Shown: positions 11,319-20,767 of the stretch, piece after piece | Position numbering within the stretch: the first letter of the stretch is position 1 | How the letters are laid out: each line of letters opens with the position of its first letter | From: Candidatus Bathyarchaeota archaeon | Lineage (GTDB): Archaea > Thermoproteota > Bathyarchaeia > TCS64 | Direction of reading: 5' to 3' | Length of the DNA: 62,199 nucleotides | Assembly (NCBI GenBank): GCA_963771885.1 | Contig: CAVYVF010000010.1 | Span: 1 to 62,199 of the forward strand | Position numbers and translations under genes: made by a program | The notes under the pieces: model-generated | Told to the model about the DNA's origin: nothing | Seen by the model: only the letters and a program-made list of their open reading frames with translations | The model's database searches: none

Positions 11319-11792
11319 TCACTTCGATTGAAGATCCCGCTTAACGTTTTTAGCAAACTTCTCCGCGTGCCTCAGATCATCAGCGTTAGGTCTGCCCTTA
11401 TTCATGCCCCCGAAGAACCCGAGAAAGCTATTAGTGTTGAATCCCCTGCACTGAAACTCACCAACTATCCTGCAGCCCTTACCTTCTAGTTTTTCCCTGA
11501 GCGCCGAGTGATCCTTTACGCGTTTCTCCTCCCCCGTCACCCCGCTGGTTGAGAATATGAACGCGTTCTTGCCTACGAGCTGAGGAAGTCGATCGGCGAA
11601 GTCGAGGAGAGGCCTATAATGCTTATCGCTGTCAATCCCCGAGCCGAACCCAAGCAAGTCGTATCCACGAAGCGCTTCAGGATCTATTTGCCCCGGCGTC
11701 TTAATCTGCGCGTCTAGGGCTCTCCCTATTACGCCGGCGATTTTCTCAGTGTTATTGTGGTGATACGAGTACACAACGAGCAGAGACTTCAT
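11319..11792 (-). CDS. Flavodoxin family protein
   Basis: VYSYHHNNTEKIA, YDLLGFGSGI, AFIFSTSG, GEFQCRG, NKGRPN. Confidence 0.9.
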   Translation of the reverse strand: MKSLLVVYSYHHNNTEKIAGVIGRALDAQIKTPGQIDPEALRGYDLLGFGSGIDSDKHYRPLLDFADRLPQLVGKNAFIFSTSGVTGEEKRVKDHSALREKLEGKGCRIVGEFQCRGFNTNSFLGFFGGMNKGRPNADDLRHAEKFAKNVKRDLQSK

Positions 11793-11834
11793 CTGCGAAC
11801 ATGCACACCTCCATTCGATTTATCCAAATTTCTC

Positions 11835-11975
11835 ACCTCTTGCTTGGGAAGAACTTCCTAATCGGTAAGAGCAGCCCCAGAAGGCTCTAAGATGCAAACA
11901 CCGTAATTGGGAGAAGCAACGAAAGGCTTGACTCAGTGCCCATGGTAATCGTGCTCACTGTAATCGCTACGCGGA
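11835..11975 (-). pseudogene. 3' fragment of a paralog of the 13397-13873 membrane protein
   Basis: TGCTTGGGAAGAACTTCCT...GAAAGGCTTGA...GTAATCGCT matches 13416-13548; no 5' part. Confidence 0.75.
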
Positions 11976-12016
11976 GCCCATAATGCTGAAAAGGATTATC
12001 TTCACATCTTCCATAA

Positions 12017-13000
12017 TTAATCAACCTCTCCGAGCGCGCCATGTTCTATGGTTATTACTACTTTTCCTGAAGGATGCCTTTCACCATATTCCCTGAAAGC
12101 TCTAGCAACCTCACTCAAACGATAACGTCTATCAATAACAGGCACCACTTTACCGGCTTCGAGGAGCTCTTTAACAAAAACCAGATCCATTACGTTTGGT
12201 TTATGCACAAATTGACTCACCTTCTTACTCCCGATCATTGAAATCAATGGACCTAGAATCAGAGCGCCTGCGCTAAACTTCACAGAAACATAGCTTCCAT
12301 TGGAGCTTAATGCACGTGCATAGTCTGAGATAGGGCGATTTGCCACATTATCCAGAATCAGGTCATATCGCTGCACCTTCTTGGTGAAATCTTCTTGAGT
12401 GTAATCGATGACATAATCTGCACCAAGTGAGCGCACCAAGTCTATGTTCTTTGTACTGCATACACCAGTCACTTCAGCTCCATACGATTTAGCAATCTGA
12501 ACCGCAAAGGTTCCTACGCCACCGGATGCTCCGTTAATCAGAACCTTTTTTCCTTGTTGAATCTGTCCATTATCGCGAAGACCCTGTAGAGCAACGACTG
12601 CATACTGGGGTACGGCTGCCGCTTCCTCAAAGGTAATGTTGACCGGTTTCGACGCCAAAACATTTTCAGGAACAGATACATACTCGGCAAAAGCGCCAAA
12701 ACCAACCTCCCCCAAGTCCCCGAAAACCTCGTCACCTGGCATAAACTGCGTAACGTTTCTGCCAACCACTTCTACCTGCCCCGCCATGTCTCCGCCGGGT
12801 ATCGTGTGTTTTGGTTTTAGAAGCCCACTTGATAGGCGGGCGATAAATGGGCTGCCTTTTACTAGGGAATCGTCTCCATCATTTATGGACGCGGCGTAAA
12901 TTTTTACTAGTACTTCGTCGTCTTTTGGAGCTGGTTTCTCCACTTCTTTAAACTGAAGAACGTCAGGTGATCCGTATTTTTCATATACAATCGCTTTCAA
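12017..13000 (-). CDS. NAD(P)-dependent medium-chain dehydrogenase / quinone oxidoreductase-like
   Basis: KAIVYEKYGSPDVL, GAFAEYV, VLINGASGGVGTFAVQIAK, GKVVI. Confidence 0.92.
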   Translation of the reverse strand: MKAIVYEKYGSPDVLQFKEVEKPAPKDDEVLVKIYAASINDGDDSLVKGSPFIARLSSGLLKPKHTIPGGDMAGQVEVVGRNVTQFMPGDEVFGDLGEVGFGAFAEYVSVPENVLASKPVNITFEEAAAVPQYAVVALQGLRDNGQIQQGKKVLINGASGGVGTFAVQIAKSYGAEVTGVCSTKNIDLVRSLGADYVIDYTQEDFTKKVQRYDLILDNVANRPISDYARALSSNGSYVSVKFSAGALILGPLISMIGSKKVSQFVHKPNVMDLVFVKELLEAGKVVPVIDRRYRLSEVARAFREYGERHPSGKVVITIEHGALGEVD

Positions 13001-13019
13001 AAAAGATTCCTTCTTAGAG

Positions 13020-13382
13020 CTAACTTTCCTGTTTAGGCCACTTCCACGCATACCGGATAATTAGTGCCATACATACAATTTCTATAGTTGCGAAAAAATA
13101 ATAATGAAGATATTCCACTCCACCTACTATAACAAACGAAATATATATTGCACTCGCGATGATGTTTGCATAGCGATTTGCATTATCCTTCAATACCCAG
13201 GACAGGAAAATCATGGCAATCGGAATCTCTATGATTATTGCCATTACTAACATCATTTCTTGAGTGACTGAAAACTCCGAAGGAAACATAAATGAAAAAA
13301 TATCTGCAAAAATCGCATTAATCATTACAACTACCCATAATAGTATAATCTTTAACTTCACATCTTCCAAACGGTTTGTCAT
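13020..13382 (-). CDS. DUF6326-like small membrane protein
   Basis: LWVVVM...FADI, EIPIAMIFLS..L....NR..NI, YYFFATIE, AWKW. Confidence 0.75.
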   Translation of the reverse strand: MTNRLEDVKLKIILLWVVVMINAIFADIFSFMFPSEFSVTQEMMLVMAIIIEIPIAMIFLSWVLKDNANRYANIIASAIYISFVIVGGVEYLHYYFFATIEIVCMALIIRYAWKWPKQES

Positions 13383-13396
13383 TTCGATTCCTCGCT

Positions 13397-13873
13397 TTAT
13401 GCTTTGAGATTGGGCTTGCTTGGGAAGAACTTCCTGTACGGTAAGATCAGCCCCAGGAGGCTCAAGATTACAAACATCGTTATCGGGAGGAGCAATGAAA
13501 GGCTTGATTCAAGGCTCACGGTGGTCGTGCTAAGGGTAATCGCTGCGCAGCCGATAAAAAACGCTGGAATAAACCACAGAATATACCAGGCGAATTTTTC
13601 CCCCTTTCCGTACGCAGTAAGAGAGATGGCTATTATGAAGAAGGCGACGCCTAAGTCAGATAATCCTCCGAACCTAAAATAGAAAGTATACAAGTCGAAA
13701 AACACCTGGATTCGAAATCTGGAACTCGTTTAACGTCATACCGATAATCCTCTCTACCGTCTCCGGGTCTGTGTTGAGGCCTAATGAATGAGGCACCCCG
13801 CCTACCAGGATCATTACTCCAATTGCGAAGAGGAGTATCCACGCATACTTCTCGTAGACCTTCTCGTTTTCAT
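13397..13873 (-). CDS. Hypothetical membrane protein (frameshifted)
   Basis: YEKYAWILLFAIG..; AYGKGEKFAWYILW; LLGLILPYRKFFP. Confidence 0.7.
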
Positions 13874-14048
13874 ATTCCGCGTATGTGCGGACTTCCTTGT
13901 AAATTCTTATCCATTTCTTAGTTTACTCCTAGTCAAGCAGCCAGGCTTGAGCCATTTAACTCGGACGAACACTCGTAGTTTGGAAAATCAACATCGGTGA
14001 TTCGGGCGATATATCAAACACAGCCCCATGAATCTGCATCGAGAGAAC

Positions 14049-14312
14049 ATGGCAAAGGCGAATACGGTGAAGGGACACTCATTTTCCATCGAGATGCCGT
14101 CCCGAAACAGCATAAACAACCTCTCGATCAACGGCGGGTCAACTATCGAAGGCGATCTAGGGGACAACATCAGCTTCGAGATCATCGAGGGAATAATGCT
14201 TCAGATATCCGGGGAGAACGGCGTCTTCCGCCTCGATCTAAGGGAAGGCGAATCGGATACTACTGCTTCGGTCACTGAAAAAAAGTTAAGACGTGACCCT
14301 ACACTTTACTAG
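14049..14312 (+). CDS. Small uncharacterised protein, family copy 2
   Basis: Nearly identical to copy at 8522. Confidence 0.78.
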   Translation: MAKANTVKGHSFSIEMPSRNSINNLSINGGSTIEGDLGDNISFEIIEGIMLQISGENGVFRLDLREGESDTTASVTEKKLRRDPTLY

Positions 14313-14339
14313 CCCATCACACATACCTGGTGACAAGCC

Positions 14340-15092
14340 ATGGAAGCGCTATGCGATCTACTCTTCGAATTTTCAAACGAGGAGAGATTAAAGATACTAC
14401 TCGAGCTTGAGAAGGGCCCGAAGAACCTCACCAAGATCGCGAAAGACCTGGACTTCACCTCGCAGGGGACCTCAAGAAACATAGCGCGACTCGTGGAGAC
14501 CTCCATCATCCGCAGGAATCCTGACGGCGAATACGAGCTAACCCAATACGGCAGCGTCTCATTGAAGCTCCTAAGCTCCTACGAGTTCCTCTCGAAAAAC
14601 AGGCAGTATTTCCTAAGCCATAACATCTCCGTTCTGCCATATCAGTTCATTAATAGATTAGGCGAGCTCAACGCGAGTTCCTTCCAGAGTGACTTCATCA
14701 CGAACTATGTCAGAGAGCTGGATATGGCTAAGGAAGCGGAGAAGTTCGCCTATTCGATGGGTGATCAGTTTAACGTTCACTTCCCCCCAATTTTAACCGA
14801 GAAGCTGAAGATGGGAGTGGAGATGCGCTCTATTTTCCCCGAGACTATAGTTCCACCCCCAGGTTTTCGACCCGCTGCAGGTGTTGATAGGAGACTGCTT
14901 CCGAAGGTGCAGGTGGGTTTCATGATGACTGATAAGAAAGCCATGTTTGCACTCCCTACTCTTGAGGGTAAGATGGATGGCGAGAATTTTGTAAGTGAGG
15001 ACCCAAAGTTTCGAAAATGGTGTCTAGACCTTTTCAATTACTATTGGGAGCAGGCAAAACCCATCATAGGACCCTTCCCAAACTTAACATAA
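14340..15092 (+). CDS. ArsR-type wHTH regulator with DUF1724/FilR1-like domain (intact)
   Basis: 250 aa, close paralog of 8814-9565. Confidence 0.88.
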   Translation: MEALCDLLFEFSNEERLKILLELEKGPKNLTKIAKDLDFTSQGTSRNIARLVETSIIRRNPDGEYELTQYGSVSLKLLSSYEFLSKNRQYFLSHNISVLPYQFINRLGELNASSFQSDFITNYVRELDMAKEAEKFAYSMGDQFNVHFPPILTEKLKMGVEMRSIFPETIVPPPGFRPAAGVDRRLLPKVQVGFMMTDKKAMFALPTLEGKMDGENFVSEDPKFRKWCLDLFNYYWEQAKPIIGPFPNLT

Positions 15093-15262
15093 CTTGAAAG
15101 GGCCGCATTTCTATTGTCGAGCGCACACAATCAGTGTAAAAATTATACATGCGAAACGAGTAACAGAAACCAATACCCTACTAACCCCTAAGCCAATCCA
15201 TTAAAAATGCTATCAAAATACCCCCTAAAACATACAAAATAACACCAATAAGTAAATTGAAC

Positions 15263-15289
15263 GGGTTCAGAGCTCCCTCCCCCGCACCA
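15263..15289 (+). other. Isolated tRNA 3'-end-like fragment (possible att remnant)
   Basis: GGGTTCAGAGCTCCCTCCCCCGCACCA resembles a T-arm + acceptor 3' strand + CCA with no 5' half. Confidence 0.45.
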
Positions 15290-15410
15290 AATAATCACTT
15301 CGACTAAGCACGTCGCGCACGATTGGGTCGGTGCACGAGGAATAAACCCGAACGAAAAAGACAGCGAATCGAACCTAAGTTAAATATTTTGACTTGCACC
15401 CTCTATTTCA

Positions 15411-15893
15411 GTGAAAAAGATGCCAAAGTTCACCCTCAAAGAGGACCCAGAAGTAAAAACGGGGATGCTCTTCAGACGACCCGTAAAAGATGTGTACCAA
15501 GCCTTCGTAGACCCGAAGGTGACAACAAAGTTCTGGTTCACCAAGAGCAGCGGAAAGCTCGAGGCGGGTAAAGAGGTGAAGTGGGATTGGGAGATGTACG
15601 GCGTCTCCGCCGTCGTCAAGGTCCTAGAACTCGAGGAGAATAAGAGGATCGTATTTGAGTGGCAGAGCTACATGGGGCCGACGAAAGTTGAGTGGGTGTT
15701 CACACCATACGGAGACGAGGCGACATTCGTCGAAATCACAGAGAGGGGCTTTAGCGGTGACGGGGACTCGGTTGTGAAGACGCTTGTGGACTCGACTGGT
15801 GGCTTCACGTGGACCCTCGCAGGCGCGAAGGGTTGGCTTGAACACGGGATACAGCTGAACTTCGTCGCAGACTGCCACCCCAAGAAACCCTGA
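15411..15893 (+). CDS. SRPBCC/AHSA1 (START-like) domain protein
   Basis: RRPVKDVYQAFVDP..TTKFWFT, DSTGGFTWTLAGAKGWLEHG. Confidence 0.88.
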   Translation: MKKMPKFTLKEDPEVKTGMLFRRPVKDVYQAFVDPKVTTKFWFTKSSGKLEAGKEVKWDWEMYGVSAVVKVLELEENKRIVFEWQSYMGPTKVEWVFTPYGDEATFVEITERGFSGDGDSVVKTLVDSTGGFTWTLAGAKGWLEHGIQLNFVADCHPKKP

Positions 15894-16123
15894 CCCACTA
15901 GAGAGCTGGTGGCTTATCTGAGATGGACAAGAGCTATGAGTTCACCGCGCGCGCAAGCATTGGTGTACTTGGAAAGGCTTTGAACTCCAAATAGACTATT
16001 ACAAGGAAGAAAAATCACAACCACTACGCACGTGAACATCATTAAGGACAATGAATTGTACGTGTGCATGCGCACAAAAAATCTTTACATATACTTTAGG
16101 ATATTTGAGAGTAAGGACCCATT

Positions 16124-16939
16124 TTGACACCAGACCACGGCGCCTTCTGCGAGCTACTCTTCGAGGCATCTAACGAGGACAGGCTCAGGATCATTGAGGT
16201 TCTCGCCGAGAAGCCCATGAAACTGACCACCCTCTCAAAGAAGACGGGTATAAGCACACAGGAGATGAGCAGACATGTCACGCGGCTGACGGCGTCAGGT
16301 ATCACGGAGCGTGACCTCGAGGGGCTTCACCACATTACCCCATATGGAAAGCTCATCATGTCACAGTTCTCCGGTCTAAGATTCACAACCGCTAATAGAC
16401 ACTACCTCAACGACCACCCACTCAACAGGCTACCATCATCCTTCATACACCGCCTCGGGGATCTCGCTGATTCCAGATATCTTGAGGACGCGATACTCGT
16501 CTTCGATCACGTCGAGAGGATGATTAAGGAGTCGGAGGAGTACGTGTACCGCATCACCGACAGATACCTGACATCGTGGCTACCGGTGATCGACGAGGCG
16601 TTAAGACGGGGGGTTGACTATAGGCTACTCTCGCCGGAGAACGTCGTTGTCTCGAAGGGCTTCAGGCTTGGGCCTATTATGACAAAAGCGGAGTTGAATG
16701 GACAGTTTAAGGTCAGGTCTGTTGAGGGCCCGGATGTGTTCCTGGCTATGTCGGAGAAGGAGGTGGCAGCGCTTGGCTTCCCGAACTCGAAGGGGAAGAT
16801 GGACTACTACAGCTTCTCCTCGGCGGACCCCGCCTTCCACGGGTGGTGTCTAGATCTCTTCAACTTTTACTGGGGTAAGTCTATTCCGAAGCCGAGTGAA
16901 TCGCTAAGCAAGTGGGGCACCTTTGAAAAAGACTCTTGA
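16124..16939 (+). CDS. ArsR-type wHTH regulator with DUF1724/FilR1-like domain
   Basis: LLFEASNEDRLRII, QEMSRH..RL, FHGWCLDLFNFYW. Confidence 0.87.
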   Translation: MTPDHGAFCELLFEASNEDRLRIIEVLAEKPMKLTTLSKKTGISTQEMSRHVTRLTASGITERDLEGLHHITPYGKLIMSQFSGLRFTTANRHYLNDHPLNRLPSSFIHRLGDLADSRYLEDAILVFDHVERMIKESEEYVYRITDRYLTSWLPVIDEALRRGVDYRLLSPENVVVSKGFRLGPIMTKAELNGQFKVRSVEGPDVFLAMSEKEVAALGFPNSKGKMDYYSFSSADPAFHGWCLDLFNFYWGKSIPKPSESLSKWGTFEKDS

Positions 16940-17004
16940 TCCCCCAGTATTGATACTTGATTAATGTTTTGAATGTTGTCTGTTGATATCATTAATAGAC
17001 CCTC

Positions 17005-18154
17005 ATGAAGCAAATGGCGCTCATCTTACTGATCCTCCTCTCGTGTTCCAGTGTTCAGGCGTCGGCGTTGGAGACGCCTCCGAAGATGCTTGGGCAGAAG
17101 ATGATCTATGACCCAGTTGGCCAGGAAAGTGATTCTCTTCGGCGGCTCCTACTACTCGGGCAGCTACACCTTCTACGGGGACACGTGGAGCTTCAACGTT
17201 GAGAACGCGACCTGGACAAAGGTGGCGACGACGGGCAGCCCGGGTGGAAGATTCAACGCGGGCATGGCGTTCGACAGCGACTCGAGGAAGATAGTCCTCT
17301 TCGGGGGCTTCACCGCCTCGGGCAGAGTAGGCGACACGTACACCTACGACATCGCATCCAAGACCTGGAGAAACGCCTACCCTTCAGGGGGCCCCTCGAT
17401 GAGGAGCGACGCCAGCATGGCGTACGATGTGGAAGCCAAGAAGGTGGTGCTCTTCGGAGGCTACGGGCGGGACGATGTCAAATGCGATGACACATGGGTC
17501 TACGACGTGGCGTCGAACACGTGGACCGAGATGAGCCCCGAGACCCACCCACAGGCGAGGTACGGAGGCGTCATGGTATACGACACCTACACTGGGAAGA
17601 CGCTGCTATTCGGGGGACACATGGTGCAGACTACTCCTCCGTACGACAGCCTAGGATACGAGAACGAGGTATGGGCATACGATTACGGTGCCGATGAGTG
17701 GGAGAAGCTCTCGACCCAGAACAAGCCCCCTGCGAGGTACTGGCATGATCTCGCCTACGATCCCGTGGGGAGCAGGATCATACTCTTCGGCGGGAGCCAG
17801 GGGTATAGCAACGACCTCGGAGACACATGGGTGTACAGCTGCAGGGAAGCGAAGTGGACGCAGATCTCATCCACGGTGAGCCCCTCGGCGAGATCTCAAC
17901 CATCTATGTGCTACGACACGCAGACCAAGAAGACGCTAATGTTCGGTGGAGCCGACTTCATAGTCTCAGCCACATTCAACTACTATAATGATGTCTGGGC
18001 GATGGGGGAGGATAACCAGTGGGTTGAGCTTGTGTTAGGGGAATCCACCGTCCCGACGCCTAAGAACACGGGTGTCCCTGGATTCCAGTCGACAATCGTC
18101 GCCGCGGGGATCTCAGTAGCCGTGGCGGTGATGCTCCTCCAGAGGAGAAGATGA
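17005..18154 (+). CDS. Secreted Kelch-repeat protein with PGF-CTERM-like anchor (frameshift near 17120)
   Basis: Signal peptide; repeated YD....VLFGG......DTW.Y....W; C-terminal VPGF + TM + RRR. Confidence 0.88.
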
Positions 18155-18208
18155 GACCTCACCCATCCGCACCCCCGGCAGGAAGCCGAGAAACCCAAAC
18201 GACATCAA

Positions 18209-18694
18209 CTACTTGCCTTTAACCAGCTCAATAGCTTCTTTCCCAGACATGTAATCAACCGCTACCTCGACGACGCAGACCGTCTCAAAGTCCCTCCTGA
18301 TCTCCTCAGCCCCAGCCACCTCGAACCCCGGCGAATACTTTTTCACCAGAAGCTCCAAAGCGTGGCGCTTCACAACATCCTCAGATACGATCCTAGCCTT
18401 CCCAAACGCGATTGCGCTTCGGAAGTAGGTGGTGAACTTCTCAGGCACAACCTGATCCTTATCCACTACGCAGAAGGATACTTTCTCGTTTCGGCGTATG
18501 CCGTCAATCTTGTGTCCCTCTTTCGCGCAGTGGAAGTATATCTTTCCGTCTTCGTACACGTAGCTAAGAGGGACGGCATATGGGTATCCATCGTCGCCGC
18601 TTACGGCGAGAATCCCTGAAGTCGCGTTTCTAAGGATTTCCTCTGTTCTCGCGGTGGTTAGAATCTGCTTTTTTCTCCTCATTACTCTCGTCAT
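18209..18694 (-). CDS. Pyridoxamine 5'-phosphate oxidase-like flavin-binding protein (NimA-like)
   Basis: MRRKKQ, YPYAVPLSY, IYFHCAKEGHK, KVSFCVV, FRSAIAFG. Confidence 0.9.
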   Translation of the reverse strand: MTRVMRRKKQILTTARTEEILRNATSGILAVSGDDGYPYAVPLSYVYEDGKIYFHCAKEGHKIDGIRRNEKVSFCVVDKDQVVPEKFTTYFRSAIAFGKARIVSEDVVKRHALELLVKKYSPGFEVAGAEEIRRDFETVCVVEVAVDYMSGKEAIELVKGK

Positions 18695-19076
18695 GAGATC
18701 ACTAGAAATATGCTTTCGTCTGGGAGGATAAGAAGCATTATTTTGTATTAGAGGTATGCGAGTGTTATTTATTAGCCATGAATCACCGGTCAATTATCAG
18801 GTGGAGGTGAAGCTAAGATTTCTTTCACGAGCAATAGTTACCTATAATGAATCACTGGCTGCTTATAGGGCAGAAGCGAGGACAGGCAATTCGACCTTTA
18901 AAACTACTTATACGTTAGATGAGGCTAATACCGAAAGACTCTGGGATTATGTTTTTTTAGTGAAGGCGAAGAAGAGTCTAAAAAACCTCCATCGAACATC
19001 CTTTTTGTTCAAGTATCACGTGCACACCTTGATCCATGCGCAACAAGCTAACGCGTGTGCTAGTACGCGTATCCAC

Positions 19077-19703
19077 TTAAGCGTTGAAGGGCATGAATTT
19101 AATTGTGCAGTTCGTCCCCTCCTGAGTCGAAACCATATTTAAGCCAAACTGTGATTCAAGCCAAACCCTGATGACGCTTTGACAGGCGTAGTTGCAGAAC
19201 TCTAGGTTGGATGATGCTATCTTACATGGGGTGAGCGCGACCACCATCTGGTCCTCATTCAACTGGTCAACCGAAAAGGGACTGAAGACCTGCAGCCTGT
19301 AGGCTAACTCCCTCGCTATCGTCTGAAAAGAGGCCTTTCGCCTGATGGGCATCATCGTTTTAGCGACGACGTTGCTCGGGGTAGTGCCCGTTTTCTTCAT
19401 GCTGCTGATCGCAGCTCGGTTAAAATTTGCCACGCCTATGTCGCCCTGATGCTTCTCCATGAACTGCCTCGCGGATACGTATGTTTGAAGGTAGTTGCCA
19501 TAGGCGGTTTCGTATTTTTCCTCGTCTCCTCCTTCTGCTGGCACGGGTTTTAAGTTCTTCTGCCAGATGCTGCGCAGTTCTTCTTGCTTCTTCTTTCCCA
19601 ACTCGTTTTTTACGAGTCGGAGAGTATACGACTTTATGTTTTTCTCGTATTGTTGAATGTTTTTCAGATTCTCTTGGAGGGGCATCAATATGATAGCCTT
19701 CAA
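19077..19703 (-). CDS. Hypothetical protein with C-terminal Cys cluster (V4R/ligand-binding-like)
   Basis: 208 aa ORF; PCK...FCNYAC...NC pattern. Confidence 0.6.
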   Translation of the reverse strand: MKAIILMPLQENLKNIQQYEKNIKSYTLRLVKNELGKKKQEELRSIWQKNLKPVPAEGGDEEKYETAYGNYLQTYVSARQFMEKHQGDIGVANFNRAAISSMKKTGTTPSNVVAKTMMPIRRKASFQTIARELAYRLQVFSPFSVDQLNEDQMVVALTPCKIASSNLEFCNYACQSVIRVWLESQFGLNMVSTQEGTNCTIKFMPFNA

Positions 19704-19931
19704 ATAGAATCGAATTTCATAGTTGACTCCTTAGATTTTTAAGACTTTGCGCGTGTCTTTACATATCACCGATGACCGCATCGTCGAGGCTCATCCTCAG
19801 CGACTTTACTGGAGACTAAGCTGGCGAACCTATCATGAAGTGACATCGTGTTAAGAATGTCTCAAGACGCGTGCCCGCACGACAACCATCTAATACATTT
19901 TCAGATCAATAATCAGATGGATGTAATGAAC

Positions 19932-20720
19932 ATGGAATTCACCAAAATCACAGTGACAAAAGATGATAGGGTAGGCGTAATCACCCTCAATGACCCTCCG
20001 TGGAATGGAATGGGTAAGAGAATGATATTCGAGATACTTGAGGCTCTAGACCAGTTTGAGAAGGACGACGAAGTTCGAGCCATCATGGCTAAAAGCACAG
20101 GTGAAAATTTCTCTAGAGGGGCAGGCGTCGACGACATCAAGAAAGACCTGGCGGGTTCAAATGAGATCAAAGAATCATTCTCAGAGTTAGGCGGAAAGAT
20201 CGTCGAGAGAATAGATAGCTATCCGAAGCCAACACTAGTTGCAGCACGCGGTATCTGTCTCGGCGGATCGACGGCGGTCTTCAGCTCATTTGACATACGA
20301 ATAGTGGGAGAGACATTCAACATTCATGACGGGGACATATACTATGGGATGGTCGGCTCATGGGGCATGAGCAGCCTCAGACTCCCCATCTGGATCGGCA
20401 GGAACAAGGTGATGGATTACATGTTCCTGAACGAGGGCTTTACCGGAAGACAAGCATACGAATTAGGTCTTGTCAGTAAGGTAGTTCAAGATGACCAGGT
20501 CGATGAAATCGGTTTAGCTATAGCTAAAAAAATGTCTACCGCGGCGCCTCTTGCTGTACGCTACTATAAGGAGTGCGTCCGAACCGCTATTTACTCTAGT
20601 TTCTTAGAAGCTAAGGCGAAGGAGGTTGAAGCTGCGAAAATAGTCAATGTCACATGGGATGCGAGGGAGGGTCTGGCTGCGGTCATAAGGGGAGAGAAGA
20701 TAGTTTTCAAGGGCAGATAA
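19932..20720 (+). CDS. Enoyl-CoA hydratase/isomerase (crotonase) family protein
   Basis: GVITLNDPP.N, FSRGA, YPKPTLVAARGICLGG, AYELGLVSKVV, DAREG. Confidence 0.88.
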   Translation: MEFTKITVTKDDRVGVITLNDPPWNGMGKRMIFEILEALDQFEKDDEVRAIMAKSTGENFSRGAGVDDIKKDLAGSNEIKESFSELGGKIVERIDSYPKPTLVAARGICLGGSTAVFSSFDIRIVGETFNIHDGDIYYGMVGSWGMSSLRLPIWIGRNKVMDYMFLNEGFTGRQAYELGLVSKVVQDDQVDEIGLAIAKKMSTAAPLAVRYYKECVRTAIYSSFLEAKAKEVEAAKIVNVTWDAREGLAAVIRGEKIVFKGR

Positions 20721-20767
20721 ATTCGAGGCAAGCGCGACAAACCCCTCAGAAAGATTGATGGCAAGCG

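Larger units (their letters stand above)
13926..15118 (+). repeat. Copy 2 of the ~1.2 kb direct duplication
   Basis: Matches 8401-9591. Confidence 0.95.

Noticed and set aside
18756..19142. 128 aa + strand ORF
   Set aside because: Overlaps both neighbours, runs through RY-tract spacer DNA and has no motif; at most a decayed fragment
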